From positions 116,496-180,495 of the forward strand of contig JBBTCT010000031.1 of the NCBI GenBank assembly GCA_038060895.1: 64,000 bases of DNA. The letters run 5' to 3'. Below, piece after piece: positions 18,999-29,386 of the stretch. The number at the start of each line of letters is the position of its first letter. Position 1 is the first letter of the stretch. This DNA is from Planctomycetota bacterium (GTDB taxonomy: Bacteria > Planctomycetota > MHYJ01 > WSZJ01). The notes beneath the pieces were generated by a model that worked only from the letters and a program-made list of their open reading frames with translations, was not told where the DNA came from and ran no database searches. Both the position numbers and the translations under genes were made by a program.

Positions 18999-20078
18999 AT
19001 GAACGTCTCGCTCCTCTACTTCCCTTCCGCCATCATGCTCGGCGCGCTTCACGCCCTCGAGCCCGGGCACGCCAAGACGCTGACGACGGCGTACCTCATC
19101 GGCACGAAGGGAACCAAGCGCGACGCCGTGGTGCTCGGCCTGTCGGTCGCGGTCACGCACAGCATCGTCGTCGTCGCCCTGTCGGCCCTCGCGCTCTGGC
19201 TCGGGCGCGAGGCGTTCGAGGACCGCGCCCTGTGGTGGCTGCAGGCAGGCAGCGGAATCGTGGTGATCTTCCTGGGCCTGTGGCTGGTGTGGCGCCGCTG
19301 GCCGCGCGCCCGGCGCGTGGCAGGCCCCGAAGGTCACGCCGGCGCCCACGCCCATCACCACCACGCCCCCGATCCCTTCGAGTTCAAGGGCGGATTCGCC
19401 GCCGGCCGCCTCTCCATCGTGGACACGGACTCGGGAGAACGCTTCCGCCTCTCGTTGTCGGCGCCGGCGGCGCTCGAGGAAGTCAACGTGTCGATCGTGC
19501 GTCCCGGAAACCGCGTGGAGCATCACGTGCTGGCGCGCGACCCGGCCGACCCTTTGCTCTGGAACGGGGAGAAGGCGCCCGAAGAGCCGCACGAGTTCGA
19601 CGCGATCCTGGAGATGGTCGTGTCGGGGAAGCGCGAAGAGCTTCCGTTCCGCATGGCGGAGCCTGAAGGGCACGACGATTCGCACGCCGACCTCGACGAG
19701 GAGGCCCATGCCCGCGCCCACGCGGCGACGCTTCCGGAGTATGTCCACCAGGGCCTGCGCCCCACTCTCTGGCAGATCATGGCCTTTGGCGGCGCGGGAG
19801 GGATGATTCCCTGCCCGGCGGCGATTTCGGTGATGCTGCTGGCGATTTCGATCGGCAAGACTGCCAACGGCCTGCTGCTCGTCCTTGGATTCAGCATCGG
19901 GCTGGCGCTCACGCTGGTTTCCATCGGTCTGGCCGTCGTGATCGGACTGAAGGCGATCGGCTCGACCGGCAGGTTCACCTGGCTGTCGGCCCGGGCCGGC
20001 ATCGTCAGCGCTTCGGTCGTCGTGCTGTCCGGCATTGCGTCGTTGGTCGTCGCATTCGTCGGTTCCCACCACCACTGA
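18999..20078 (+). CDS. rcnA: Nickel/cobalt efflux transporter RcnA
   Basis: LGALHALEPGHAKT, His-rich loop, DEEAHARAHA and GGMIPCPAAISVML. Confidence 0.9.
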   Translation: MNVSLLYFPSAIMLGALHALEPGHAKTLTTAYLIGTKGTKRDAVVLGLSVAVTHSIVVVALSALALWLGREAFEDRALWWLQAGSGIVVIFLGLWLVWRRWPRARRVAGPEGHAGAHAHHHHAPDPFEFKGGFAAGRLSIVDTDSGERFRLSLSAPAALEEVNVSIVRPGNRVEHHVLARDPADPLLWNGEKAPEEPHEFDAILEMVVSGKREELPFRMAEPEGHDDSHADLDEEAHARAHAATLPEYVHQGLRPTLWQIMAFGGAGGMIPCPAAISVMLLAISIGKTANGLLLVLGFSIGLALTLVSIGLAVVIGLKAIGSTGRFTWLSARAGIVSASVVVLSGIASLVVAFVGSHHH

Positions 20079-20093
20079 GCGGAGATTGACGCC

Positions 20094-21110
20094 ATGGTCC
20101 GAAGCGCGCTCGTCCACGTGACGTTGAGCCTCCTCTGCACCGCCCTGGGCCTCCTGGCGGGCTGGCGGATCTGGAAGCCCGGGCCGGCGCCCGCGGCCGC
20201 GAAGACGCCGCCGCCGGGAGCGACCGCCGTGTCGGCGCAGGCCCGAAAGAACCTCGGGATCGTCATCGGCGAAATCAAGAGCACTCCGTGGACTCGCGTC
20301 GCCAGGTTTCCCGCGGTCATCGAAAGCGTGCCGGGGTCGGAGGCCACTCTCAAGGCGCCTTCCTCGGGCACCGTCGTGGAGGTCCGGACGCGCGCCGGTT
20401 CGGTGATCGCCGCAGGCGCGTCCGTGGCGACGCTTCGAGGCGCCGCCGGCGAATCGATCACAATCCCGGCGCCCACAGGGGCGACGGACTGGGACCTGGT
20501 GGAGTCGAGGGTGGCGGCGGGCGAGCGGGTCGAAGCGGGCGCGGTGATCGCGGTGCTGCGCGACGCGCGGCGGATGCGCGTGCGGGCAGAAACGGGCGGG
20601 GATGACGCACCGGTCCTGGTCGCGGCCCTGAAGGACGCCACGGCCTGCGAAGCGACGCCGCTTCTGCCAGGAAACGGCCCTACGCTCGAGGAAGTGACGC
20701 TGGTGTCCGTCGAGAACGAACCTGGCCGCCGGCTGACGCGGGCTTCCGCGGACGTCGCCAACGTGCCGCTGGCTGCCGTCGCTGACGGCGCGGGCAACAC
20801 AGTTCGCACGTGGGCGCTGCGTCCCGGGCAGCGATACGAGCTGCGCGTGCCGGTCGAGGTGGTGAAGCGCACCTACGTGGTGCCGGCGGACGCGCTGGCG
20901 GACGACGGGCCCGACAAGGTTGTCTTTCTTCCCAACGGCGAATCGTTCCTGCCCGAGAAAGTGACGGTTCTCTATCGCGACTCCGAGGTCGCGGTCCTGG
21001 ACGCCCGGACCTCCCGGCTCGCGGTCGGCGACCCGTACGTCGAGCGCGGGGCGCCCGCGCTGTCGCTGGCGCTTCGGGCGCAGAGTCTCGTGATCGGCCA
21101 CACGCACTGA
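20094..21110 (+). CDS. RND efflux periplasmic adaptor (apparently lacking the alpha-hairpin)
   Basis: Lipoyl half-motifs TLKAPSSGTVVEV and ITIPAP...GERVEAG, LRPGQ, VVPADAL and C-terminal GHTH. Confidence 0.8.
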   Translation: MVRSALVHVTLSLLCTALGLLAGWRIWKPGPAPAAAKTPPPGATAVSAQARKNLGIVIGEIKSTPWTRVARFPAVIESVPGSEATLKAPSSGTVVEVRTRAGSVIAAGASVATLRGAAGESITIPAPTGATDWDLVESRVAAGERVEAGAVIAVLRDARRMRVRAETGGDDAPVLVAALKDATACEATPLLPGNGPTLEEVTLVSVENEPGRRLTRASADVANVPLAAVADGAGNTVRTWALRPGQRYELRVPVEVVKRTYVVPADALADDGPDKVVFLPNGESFLPEKVTVLYRDSEVAVLDARTSRLAVGDPYVERGAPALSLALRAQSLVIGHTH

Positions 21111-24100
21111 TGCTCAACCGCCTGATCGCCCTGGTTCTTCGACGGCGGCTCGCCGTCGTGGTGGCGGCGTTGGCCGCGGCGGTCTGGGGCACCGTCGAGA
21201 GCCTGCGCATGCCGGTCGACGTCCTGCCCGACCTCGATCGGCCGGTCGTGACCGTCCTCGTCGAAGCGCACGGCCTCCCGTCCACGGATGTCGAGCGCCG
21301 CGTCGCCCGCCCGATCGAAGCCCGGCTGCGCGGCCTGCCCGGCCTGGCCAGGCTCCGCTCGATCTCGGGCCGCGGCTTCTTCGTCGTCTACGCGGAGTTC
21401 GACTGGAGCACGGACCAGGCCGCGAACCGCCGGCGAGTGGAAGAGAAGCTCGCGCAGGCGAAAGCCGAACTTCCCCCGGGCCTGAAAGTGGAGCTGACGC
21501 CGGAAGCGAGCATCATGGGCCAGGTGCAATTCGTCGGGCTCGAATCCGGGTCGCGCTCCCCGACCGAGCTGCGAGCGCTCGCCGACGCGAAGGTCCTCCC
21601 GCGCCTCCGTGCCCTGCCCGGCGTGGCCCAGGTGCTCGCCATCGGCGGAGCGTCGCGCGAAATGCAGGTCGAGGTGGAAGCGGCGCGCCTGAGGGAACAC
21701 TCGGTGACGCTGACGGACGTGGAGGACGCCCTGCGTGCAACGCCGGGCCCGGAGGTCGCGTCGGCTCCCCTCCCCGGCGGAAAGCGCGTCGGCGACGTCG
21801 CCCGCGTCGCGACGGCGCCCTCGCCGGTCCGCCTCGGCGAGGCCGGCGTGAACGGGAAACCCGGCGTCGTGCTCATCCTCTTCAAGCAGCCGGGCGTGGA
21901 CACCCTCGATCTCACGCGGAGAGTCGACCTGGAGGTCGCCGCGCTGCGGAACGGCCTCGACGCCCCCGACGTCCGCCTCGTCACCGACATCTTCCGGCAG
22001 TCCGACTTCATCGAGCGTTCGGTTCGGAACGTCGAGACCGCCCTCCGCGACGGTGCCCTCCTCGTCGTGGTCGTGCTCTTCCTCTTTCTCGCCAACTTCC
22101 GCACCACCGTCATCACGCTCAGCGCAATCCCGCTCTCCATCGCCCTGACCGCGATCGTCTTCAAGCTCTGCGGTCTGACCATCAACACCATGACCCTCGG
22201 CGGCCTCGCGGTCGCCATCGGCGCCCTCGTCGATGACGCCGTCGTCGATGTCGAAAACGTCTTCCGCCGCCTCCGCCAGAATTCGGCTGCAGGAAACCCG
22301 TCACCGGCTCTGTGGATCGTCTTCCGTGCGTCCTGCGAGGTCCGTAACCCCATCTTCATCGGGACGCTCCTCGTGGTCGTCGTCTACATCCCCCTCTTCT
22401 TCCTCTCCGGCATGGAAGGCCGGCTGTTCACCCCCATCGGCATCGCCTACATCGTGAGCACGCTGGCGTCGCTGGCGGTCTCGCTGACGGTGACGCCGGT
22501 CCTCTGCCACTACCTCCTGCGAGGTCCCTGGCTGGAGAAACGCATTGCGGATCCGTGGCTCGTGAAGTCCCTCAAGCCGGCAGCAGCCGTTCTGATCCGC
22601 TTCGGCATGTCCCACGGCCTGGCGGTCGCGTCGGTTCTCGTGTCGCTCACCATGGTCTCGGCCGTGTTTCTCGGGACGCGGGGCACGCAATTCCTGCCGG
22701 CGTTCAACGAGGGTTCGGTCCAGGTCAACCTGATGCTGCCTCCGGGAGCAACGCTTGAAGCATCGGAGGTTTATGCGAAGCGCCTCGACGAGATTCTCGC
22801 GGGAGTCCGGGGCGTGAAGACGGTCGGCCGCCGCACGGGGCGTGCGGACGGGGACACGCACGTCGATGGTCCGAGCGTGACGGAGGCGATCGCGACGCTC
22901 GACCCGGATTCGGGACGCACGCGGGAAGAGATCGTCGAGGAGATCCGCGCTCGCGTGACGGAAGAGCTGCCGGGGCCGGGCGTGTCCGTCGAGCAGCCGC
23001 TGGCGCACCTGCTGAGCCACCTTCTGTCGGGCGTGAACGCGCAGGTCGCGGTCAAGGTGTACGGGCCCGACCTTGAAGTGCTGCGGAAGACCGCGGGGGA
23101 GATTGAGGCGGCCCTTCGGCCGGTCGCGGGCGTCCGGGATCTTTTCGTCGAGCCGCAGGTGCTCGTGGAGGACATCGAGGCGACCCCGAATCCAGCGCGC
23201 TGCATCGACGCCGGAATCTCCGAAGACCGCGTCCGCGAGACCGTGGAGATGGCGCTCGCCGGGGAGGAGTTGGGTCGCGCGCGTGACGGCGACACGACGA
23301 TCCCGCTGGTCCTGCGCCTGCGCGCCGAGGACGGCCGCGACCTCGACACCGTCCGCGACCTCCCGATCCGCGCCGCCGACGGAACGCTGCTCCGCGTCCG
23401 CGACGTCGCCACCGTCGGGCCCGTGAAATCCCCCAACATGATCTTCCACGAGGACGGCGCGCGCCGCGCCGTCGTCCAGCACAACGTCGCCGGGCGCCCC
23501 CTCGGCGACGTCGTAGCCGACGTCGAGCGCGCCCTCGGCCCGGTCCGCGAGCGCCTCGCCAATCTCCCCGGCTACTCCCTCAGGGTGAGCGGCCAGTTCG
23601 AGGCCCAGCAGTCCGCCTCCCGCCGCATCGCGCTCTTCAGCGTCGTGGCGCTCGCCGCCCTCGCTTTCATCCTCCTCGCGCACTTCCGCTCCGCCAACCT
23701 CGCCCTCCAGGCCCTCCTCAGCCTTCCGGCCGCGTTCGTCGGCGCGGCCGCCGCCGTCGCCGTGACGGGCCAGTCCATCTCCGTCGCCACCCTCGTCGGC
23801 CTCATCTCCCTCGGCGGCATCGCCACCCGCAACGCCATCCTGCTCCTCGACCACTACCTCCACCTCGCGCGCGAAGAAGCCGTCCCCTTCGGCCGCGACC
23901 TCATCATCCGCGCCGGGCAGGAGCGCATGGTCCCCGTCCTCATGACCGCCCTCTGCAGCGGCATCGCCCTCGTCCCCCTCGTCCTCGACCCCGACCGCCC
24001 TGGCCGCGAACTCCTTTACCCCGTCGCCACCGTCATCCTCGGCGGCCTCGCCACCGTCACCTTCATGGAGTTTCTCCTCACGCCCGGCATCTTCTGGCTC

Positions 24101-24235
24101 TTCGGCCAGCACCCCCTCGAACGCCACACCGCCGGATCCCGGGAATCGGAGGAAGCCCTCGCCCGTTTTCGTGAGAAGCTCACAGGAACCGCACGCGACG
24201 GCGCTAAGATCCCTTCACAAGGAGACGTCTCATGA
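21110..24235 (+). CDS. Heavy-metal RND efflux permease (CusA/CzcA family)
   Basis: MPVDVLPDL, INTMTLGGLAVAIGALVDDAVVDVEN and ERMVPVLMTAL; TGATG overlap with the adaptor gene. Confidence 0.92.
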   Translation: MLNRLIALVLRRRLAVVVAALAAAVWGTVESLRMPVDVLPDLDRPVVTVLVEAHGLPSTDVERRVARPIEARLRGLPGLARLRSISGRGFFVVYAEFDWSTDQAANRRRVEEKLAQAKAELPPGLKVELTPEASIMGQVQFVGLESGSRSPTELRALADAKVLPRLRALPGVAQVLAIGGASREMQVEVEAARLREHSVTLTDVEDALRATPGPEVASAPLPGGKRVGDVARVATAPSPVRLGEAGVNGKPGVVLILFKQPGVDTLDLTRRVDLEVAALRNGLDAPDVRLVTDIFRQSDFIERSVRNVETALRDGALLVVVVLFLFLANFRTTVITLSAIPLSIALTAIVFKLCGLTINTMTLGGLAVAIGALVDDAVVDVENVFRRLRQNSAAGNPSPALWIVFRASCEVRNPIFIGTLLVVVVYIPLFFLSGMEGRLFTPIGIAYIVSTLASLAVSLTVTPVLCHYLLRGPWLEKRIADPWLVKSLKPAAAVLIRFGMSHGLAVASVLVSLTMVSAVFLGTRGTQFLPAFNEGSVQVNLMLPPGATLEASEVYAKRLDEILAGVRGVKTVGRRTGRADGDTHVDGPSVTEAIATLDPDSGRTREEIVEEIRARVTEELPGPGVSVEQPLAHLLSHLLSGVNAQVAVKVYGPDLEVLRKTAGEIEAALRPVAGVRDLFVEPQVLVEDIEATPNPARCIDAGISEDRVRETVEMALAGEELGRARDGDTTIPLVLRLRAEDGRDLDTVRDLPIRAADGTLLRVRDVATVGPVKSPNMIFHEDGARRAVVQHNVAGRPLGDVVADVERALGPVRERLANLPGYSLRVSGQFEAQQSASRRIALFSVVALAALAFILLAHFRSANLALQALLSLPAAFVGAAAAVAVTGQSISVATLVGLISLGGIATRNAILLLDHYLHLAREEAVPFGRDLIIRAGQERMVPVLMTALCSGIALVPLVLDPDRPGRELLYPVATVILGGLATVTFMEFLLTPGIFWLFGQHPLERHTAGSRESEEALARFREKLTGTARDGAKIPSQGDVS

Positions 24236-24981
24236 TCCGCCCGACCGCCTGCGCCGCTTTCCTCGTCGTCGCCCTGGCCGCGCTGTCCGAAGAGCCCGCG
24301 CCCGTGCCGAGCCCGCCACACAAGGACGGCGCGTGGCTCGAGGTGCCCGACTTCAAGGGGCGCCTCGAGATCGTGATGTCGAAGGACAAGAAGAGCGCGA
24401 CCGTGTACTCCCTCGACCAGGACGGCAAGACGCCGGTCGGTCTCAAGACGGCTCCCGAGCTGAAAATTCCCGCGCTCGACGAAGCGGCCACCCTTCGCGG
24501 CCGCGCCCTGAACCTCAAGGAGGGCACCGCCAGCGACTTCGAGTTCCGCGTGCCTCCGGCCGGCGACGGCGACCTCGCCAAGGACCCTCCCGCGCGCCTG
24601 GGTCCCCACGGCGGCGAGTGGGTCGACGTGTCCGGACCGAAGGGCATCTACTTCGAGTATGTCTACAACGCCAAGCTCGGAAGAGTCTCGATCTGGTTCT
24701 ACGGCGAAGACGGCAAGACCCCGTTGCTCCTCGCCGATTCCCCCGTGTTCAACGTCGACACCCCCCTCGACGGAATGGTGTCGCTTCCGGGCAAGGCCGT
24801 CGCGCTTCAGGACGGCACGGCGTCGCGCTTCGACTACGAAGGGGCCGACCTCGCCGCTCGCCCCCCTGGCGGAGGCAGCCGCTTCTCCATCCAGTACGGC
24901 GGCAAGCCGTACCAGGCGCCGATCATCAACCGTGAGCACGGCCACATGCACGGCCCAGGTGGCGTGGCGGCGCCGAAGTGA
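24232..24981 (+). CDS. Exported His-containing putative metal-binding protein
   Basis: Signal peptide, duplicated PHxG...E module (PPHKDGAW, GPHGGEW) and C-terminal EHGHMHG. Confidence 0.7.
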   Translation: MIRPTACAAFLVVALAALSEEPAPVPSPPHKDGAWLEVPDFKGRLEIVMSKDKKSATVYSLDQDGKTPVGLKTAPELKIPALDEAATLRGRALNLKEGTASDFEFRVPPAGDGDLAKDPPARLGPHGGEWVDVSGPKGIYFEYVYNAKLGRVSIWFYGEDGKTPLLLADSPVFNVDTPLDGMVSLPGKAVALQDGTASRFDYEGADLAARPPGGGSRFSIQYGGKPYQAPIINREHGHMHGPGGVAAPK

Positions 24982-25416
24982 GAACGCGTTCTCAGTGCCG
25001 AGCAGAAGGAGCGGTTCCGGGGGGAAAAACTCGAGGGTGACGGCCGGTCAACTCCGGACGGCCTCGCGCTGCGCGCTTGAACCCCGGAAGTATTCACGCT
25101 GCCAGCGACGCCGTGCCCTGGAAAATGTCGTCAAGCCCAGCGCGCCCCCCACGGCGCGCACAGCTCTGGAGCCCAGGGCGAAGTTCTTCGGGTACCACCA
25201 ACTCCAGGAGATCAGTTGCAAGTCATTAACAGGAAATAGTTTACGATGAGATGGAACTAAAGTTCAATCCCGCGTAAACACGTGCTTGCGGCGCGCTCGT
25301 GCCAAGTGGTTCAATCACACCGGGACGGGAAAGATTTGCTTCAGCAGGGTCCCCACCGCTTCGCCTCGTTTCTGCGTAACTCGAAGGTGACTCGGTTCGG
25401 AGGGCCGTCATCAGGC

Positions 25417-25917
25417 ATGGAGGTGGCTCCTTTGTCGACGGGTGCGGTGGGTAAAATTCCGCTCGGTCCACCCGCGAATCTGCGGCTCGGCCCTCCGTGC
25501 CTCCTGATTCCACTCGGCCTCACGGTCTGGGCACTTCCAGTCTCTCACGTCCTCGAAGTCTTCCGGCCGTTGCGGATCGAACCCCTGCCCGACGCCCCTG
25601 ACTTCGTGTCCGGCGTCGCCATCATTCGCGGCGAACCAACTCCCGTCGTCGCGCTCTGCCGCCTGCTCGGCAATTCCCACTCTCCTCCTGGTCGCTTCGT
25701 CCTCCTCCGATCGGGCCGCATCCGCGTCGCCATCGCCGTCGATGCCGTCACAGGAGTTGAGCGCATGCCGGCCGAAGAGTTTCAGGCAGCCCCACAGCTC
25801 TCGAGCCGCCTGTCGCAGGAAACCCTGGACGCTATGGCCCGGATCGATCCAGCCCTTCTGAACGTCCTTAGCGTCTCCCGGCTCATGACTCCGGTTGTCT
25901 GCGGGGGGCAAGAATGA
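25417..25917 (+). CDS. cheW: CheW-like adaptor
   Basis: ALPVSHVLEVFRP...PDFVSGVAIIRGEPTPVV...AIAVDAVTGV; start uncertain. Confidence 0.85.
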   Translation: MEVAPLSTGAVGKIPLGPPANLRLGPPCLLIPLGLTVWALPVSHVLEVFRPLRIEPLPDAPDFVSGVAIIRGEPTPVVALCRLLGNSHSPPGRFVLLRSGRIRVAIAVDAVTGVERMPAEEFQAAPQLSSRLSQETLDAMARIDPALLNVLSVSRLMTPVVCGGQE

Positions 25918-27431
25918 GCGCCTGGCGCCGCGAGTTCGAGGTCTTCGGCGCGTTCGTCGAGCGTGCGCTGGGACTGCACTTCGACGAAACGCGCGCTTCC
26001 CAACTCGAGGAAGCGCTGCTTCGCCGCGCCTCCGAAGCGGGGTACGCCGGCGTCGGCGCGTATCTCGCGGCGCTGCCTTCGCGAGACGTCCGCGAAGAGG
26101 CGCGGGCGATCGCGGAAACGGTGACGGTGGGTGAAACGTATTTCTTCCGCAACTCCGAACAGTTCCGCGCGCTGGCCGAGGTCGCGCTTCCCGCCCGGGC
26201 GGCGGCAGGCGCAACGTGCATCCGCATCCTCTCCGCGGGGTGCGCTTCCGGCGAGGAGCCGTACACGATTGCGATGGTCGCGAGGGAAACGGCTGCGGTG
26301 CCGGTCTCCATCCACGCCCTGGACGTGAATCCGGCCGCGATGGCCCGGGCGCGGCGGGCGGTCTATTCCCCATGGTCGCTGCGCGAGACGCCGCCTGCGA
26401 TGAAGCAGAAGTACTTCCGCGAGAAGGGAAAGGATTTCGTCCTGGCGGACGAGATTCGCGGCGACGTGCAATTCGAAGAATCGAATCTCACGGTGGACGA
26501 CGCGCGGTTCTGGCGCCCCGGGAGCTGGGACATCATCTTCTGCCGCAATGTGATCATGTACTTCGGGCTCGAAACGCAGAAGGCTGTGGCCGCAAGGATC
26601 GCGAACTCCCTTGCCCCGGGCGGGTTCCTCTTTCTCGGCCACGCCGAAACGCTGCGCGGTCTCTCGCAGGACTTCCACCTTCGCCAGTCCCACGAAACGT
26701 TCTACTACCAGCGCAGGGAAAAGGGACCCGCGAGGGAGTTGGACGAAGTGCGCATGGCCGACGAGTCCCCGGCGCGGGCCATGGCCCTGGCGTCGGCGCT
26801 TGAGGAAGGGGCGACGAGCTGGATGGAAGCGATCCGGAGCGCCTCGGACCGGATTGCGGCGCTTTCCGGCGCGTCGAGCACGGCCGCATCGGAGGCGGCG
26901 CGGATCCGGAAGGGAAACGCGGCCGGCCACGAACGCGAGCGCATCCTCGAACTCGTCGGCCGCGAGAAGTTCGGAGAGGCGCTGGAAGCGCTTTCCGGGC
27001 TCCCGGGCGCCGCGGAATCGGATGCGGACACGGGATTGATGAAAGCTGCGCTTCTCGTGAACGCCGGCAACGCGCGGGAAGCCGAACGAGTCTGCGCCTC
27101 GGTGCTCAAGGTGGACGACCTCAGCGCGGGGGCGCACTACGTGATGGCCCAGTGTCGCGAGGCTGCGGGAGACGGGGCGGGAGCGGCAGAGCACGACAGG
27201 GCCGCCGCCTATCTCGACCCGACGTTCGCGATGCCGAGGCTGCACCTCGGGCTTCTCCTTCGCAAGGCGGGCGACGTGCTTAGTGCGGTGGCGCAGTTCC
27301 AGGGCGCCCTCTCGCTTCTCCCGGCAGAGGACGCTTCCAGGCTCGTCCTCTTCGGCGGCGGGTTCGGCCGGGAGGCGCTGGTGCAGCTGTGTCGCGCGGA
27401 GTTGAAGGCGTGCGAAGGGAGGAAACGGTGA
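25914..27431 (+). CDS. cheR: CheR methyltransferase with C-terminal TPR domain (WspC/FrzF-like)
   Basis: TVGETYFFRN, SAGCASGEEPYT, IIFCRNVIMYF and LFLGHAE, followed by TPRs. Confidence 0.92.
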   Translation: MSAWRREFEVFGAFVERALGLHFDETRASQLEEALLRRASEAGYAGVGAYLAALPSRDVREEARAIAETVTVGETYFFRNSEQFRALAEVALPARAAAGATCIRILSAGCASGEEPYTIAMVARETAAVPVSIHALDVNPAAMARARRAVYSPWSLRETPPAMKQKYFREKGKDFVLADEIRGDVQFEESNLTVDDARFWRPGSWDIIFCRNVIMYFGLETQKAVAARIANSLAPGGFLFLGHAETLRGLSQDFHLRQSHETFYYQRREKGPARELDEVRMADESPARAMALASALEEGATSWMEAIRSASDRIAALSGASSTAASEAARIRKGNAAGHERERILELVGREKFGEALEALSGLPGAAESDADTGLMKAALLVNAGNAREAERVCASVLKVDDLSAGAHYVMAQCREAAGDGAGAAEHDRAAAYLDPTFAMPRLHLGLLLRKAGDVLSAVAQFQGALSLLPAEDASRLVLFGGGFGREALVQLCRAELKACEGRKR

Positions 27432-27907
27432 ACGCGGGAGGGACGGAACGGGTTGCGCAGATGCGTCGCGATTTCGACGCGGTCTTCGCGTTGCCTCGTG
27501 CGCCCGAACCGCCGCCGGCGGAGTCGCTGCTGCGGATCTCGACTGCGGGAACAGGTTTCAACGTGCGGCTGAACGAGCTGTCGTGCGTGCTGCCGTGCGC
27601 GGTGGTGGTGCCGGTTCCCGGCGCGCGGCGCGGGCTGCTCGGGCTCACTGCGGTGCGCGGTCAGATCATGCCTCTCTACGCGCTCGCGACGCTGCTCGAA
27701 CTGCCCGGCCCGGTTCCGACTCCGCGCTGGATTCTCGTGGCGGAGGCGGGTGCGGCGCTCGGCGTCGACGCCGTGGAAGGCGTGACGCAGGTTCCGGTCG
27801 CCGCGGTTCGCGAAGTCGCGTCGGCCGGATCGCGAGCGCTGCTGAACGTGACGTCGGTCGTCGAGGGACTTCGAAAATCCAGGATTCCGCCGGAACAGGA
27901 AAGGTAA
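27428..27907 (+). CDS. Second CheW-like adaptor (WspD-like)
   Basis: PVPGARRGLLGLTAVRGQIMPLYAL; GTG start overlapping the cheR stop. Confidence 0.8.
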   Translation: MNAGGTERVAQMRRDFDAVFALPRAPEPPPAESLLRISTAGTGFNVRLNELSCVLPCAVVVPVPGARRGLLGLTAVRGQIMPLYALATLLELPGPVPTPRWILVAEAGAALGVDAVEGVTQVPVAAVREVASAGSRALLNVTSVVEGLRKSRIPPEQER

Positions 27908-27910
27908 CGC

Positions 27911-29383
27911 ATGGGAACTTCATGGACGTTCGGACAGAAGCTGGGAGCGGGGTTCGCGGTGACGGTGGCCTTCGCCGCGCTGATCCTCGTCGTCGCGATC
28001 TATGCGATTCGCTCCGCCGTCGACAGCAAGGACAGGGTCATCGAAGTCAACGCGCGAAACCTGGCGGACGCAGGGCAGCTGCACGCCGACGTCGAGGGAG
28101 CTTCGTCCTCCGCGCGGGGATACCTGCTGACCAAAGACGAGCCTTACCTCGACCGATTGCGCGTGCGCCGCGACGCCGCCCAGGCCGCCATCAAGCAACT
28201 GCTCGGCAACGCGAAATCGGACGCCGAACGGCGCGCGATCGACAAGCTTTCCGAGGACTACTCCTCGTGGAGCTCAGCCGTGGACAAGGTCATCGCGGAG
28301 CGCCGAACGGCCGTCGACCTGGCCACGGTCGTCCAGATGTTCGAGGTCGACGCCCAGCCAAGGAAGGACACTATTTCCCGCGAGCTGTCGGCCTTTGTGG
28401 CGGACGAAGAAAGGCTCGTCGCGGACGGGAAGAAGGCATCTTCGGATGCCGCTTCTCTCGCGATAAACCTGATGATCGTCACCGGCGTCCTGGCCGTCCT
28501 GTTTGCAGCCTTCGTCGGCTTCGCGCTGACACGAGGCCTCGGCACCCGGATCGGCACCGCCGTACAGCACATCCAGAGCTCGTCGGCCGAACTCCAGGCC
28601 GCTTCCACCCAGCAGGCGACCGGCGCCCGCGAGCAGGCGAGCGCCATGACTGAAATCACGACCACCATCAGCGAGCTCCTCGCCACGTCCCGGCAGATCG
28701 CCGAGAGCGCGCAGCGCGTCTCCCACCTCGCGGAACAGGCGGCCGGCTCGGCGCGCGGCGGAGACGGGGCCGTGCAGAAAGGACAGGAAGCGGTCGCACA
28801 GATGAAGCGGCAGATGGACACGATTGTGAACCACATGCTGGAGCTCGGGCGGCGCTCCCAGCAGATCGGGGGCATCGCGGAGATCATCACGGAGCTCGCC
28901 GAGCAGACGAACATCCTCGCGATCAACGCAACGATCGAGGCCGCGGGCGCCGGAGACGCGGGCAAGCGCTTCGGCGTCGTCGCCGACGAAATCCGGAAGC
29001 TGGCGGACCGTGTGGGCGGATCGGCAAAGGAAGCCAAGGCGCTCATCGACGAGACGCGGCAGGCCGTCAACACGACGGTCATGGCGACCGAGGGAGGGGC
29101 TAAGGCGGTCGAGTCGAGCGCACGGCAGTTCGGAGACGTCGCCGAGTCGTTCCGGCACATTGCGGACCTCGTGCGCACTTCGAACGAGGCCGCACGCGAA
29201 ATCGAACTGAGCACCAAGCAGCAGTCGAGCGCCGTCCAGCAGGTGAACGGCGCCGTCGCGGAAGTCGCGCAGGCTTCCCGGGAGACAGAAGCCAGCACCA
29301 CGCAGACGCTCCAGACCGCGTCGCAGCTGGCGTCACTCGCCCGGGAACTTGCGCAATTCGTACGGGCGGAGAAGCCGGCCTAG
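27911..29383 (+). CDS. Methyl-accepting chemotaxis protein with CHASE3-like sensor
   Basis: Two TMs, SARGYLLTKDEPYL and QTNILAINATIEAAGAGDAGKRFGVVADEIRKLA. Confidence 0.93.
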   Translation: MGTSWTFGQKLGAGFAVTVAFAALILVVAIYAIRSAVDSKDRVIEVNARNLADAGQLHADVEGASSSARGYLLTKDEPYLDRLRVRRDAAQAAIKQLLGNAKSDAERRAIDKLSEDYSSWSSAVDKVIAERRTAVDLATVVQMFEVDAQPRKDTISRELSAFVADEERLVADGKKASSDAASLAINLMIVTGVLAVLFAAFVGFALTRGLGTRIGTAVQHIQSSSAELQAASTQQATGAREQASAMTEITTTISELLATSRQIAESAQRVSHLAEQAAGSARGGDGAVQKGQEAVAQMKRQMDTIVNHMLELGRRSQQIGGIAEIITELAEQTNILAINATIEAAGAGDAGKRFGVVADEIRKLADRVGGSAKEAKALIDETRQAVNTTVMATEGGAKAVESSARQFGDVAESFRHIADLVRTSNEAAREIELSTKQQSSAVQQVNGAVAEVAQASRETEASTTQTLQTASQLASLARELAQFVRAEKPA

Positions 29384-29386
29384 AAA

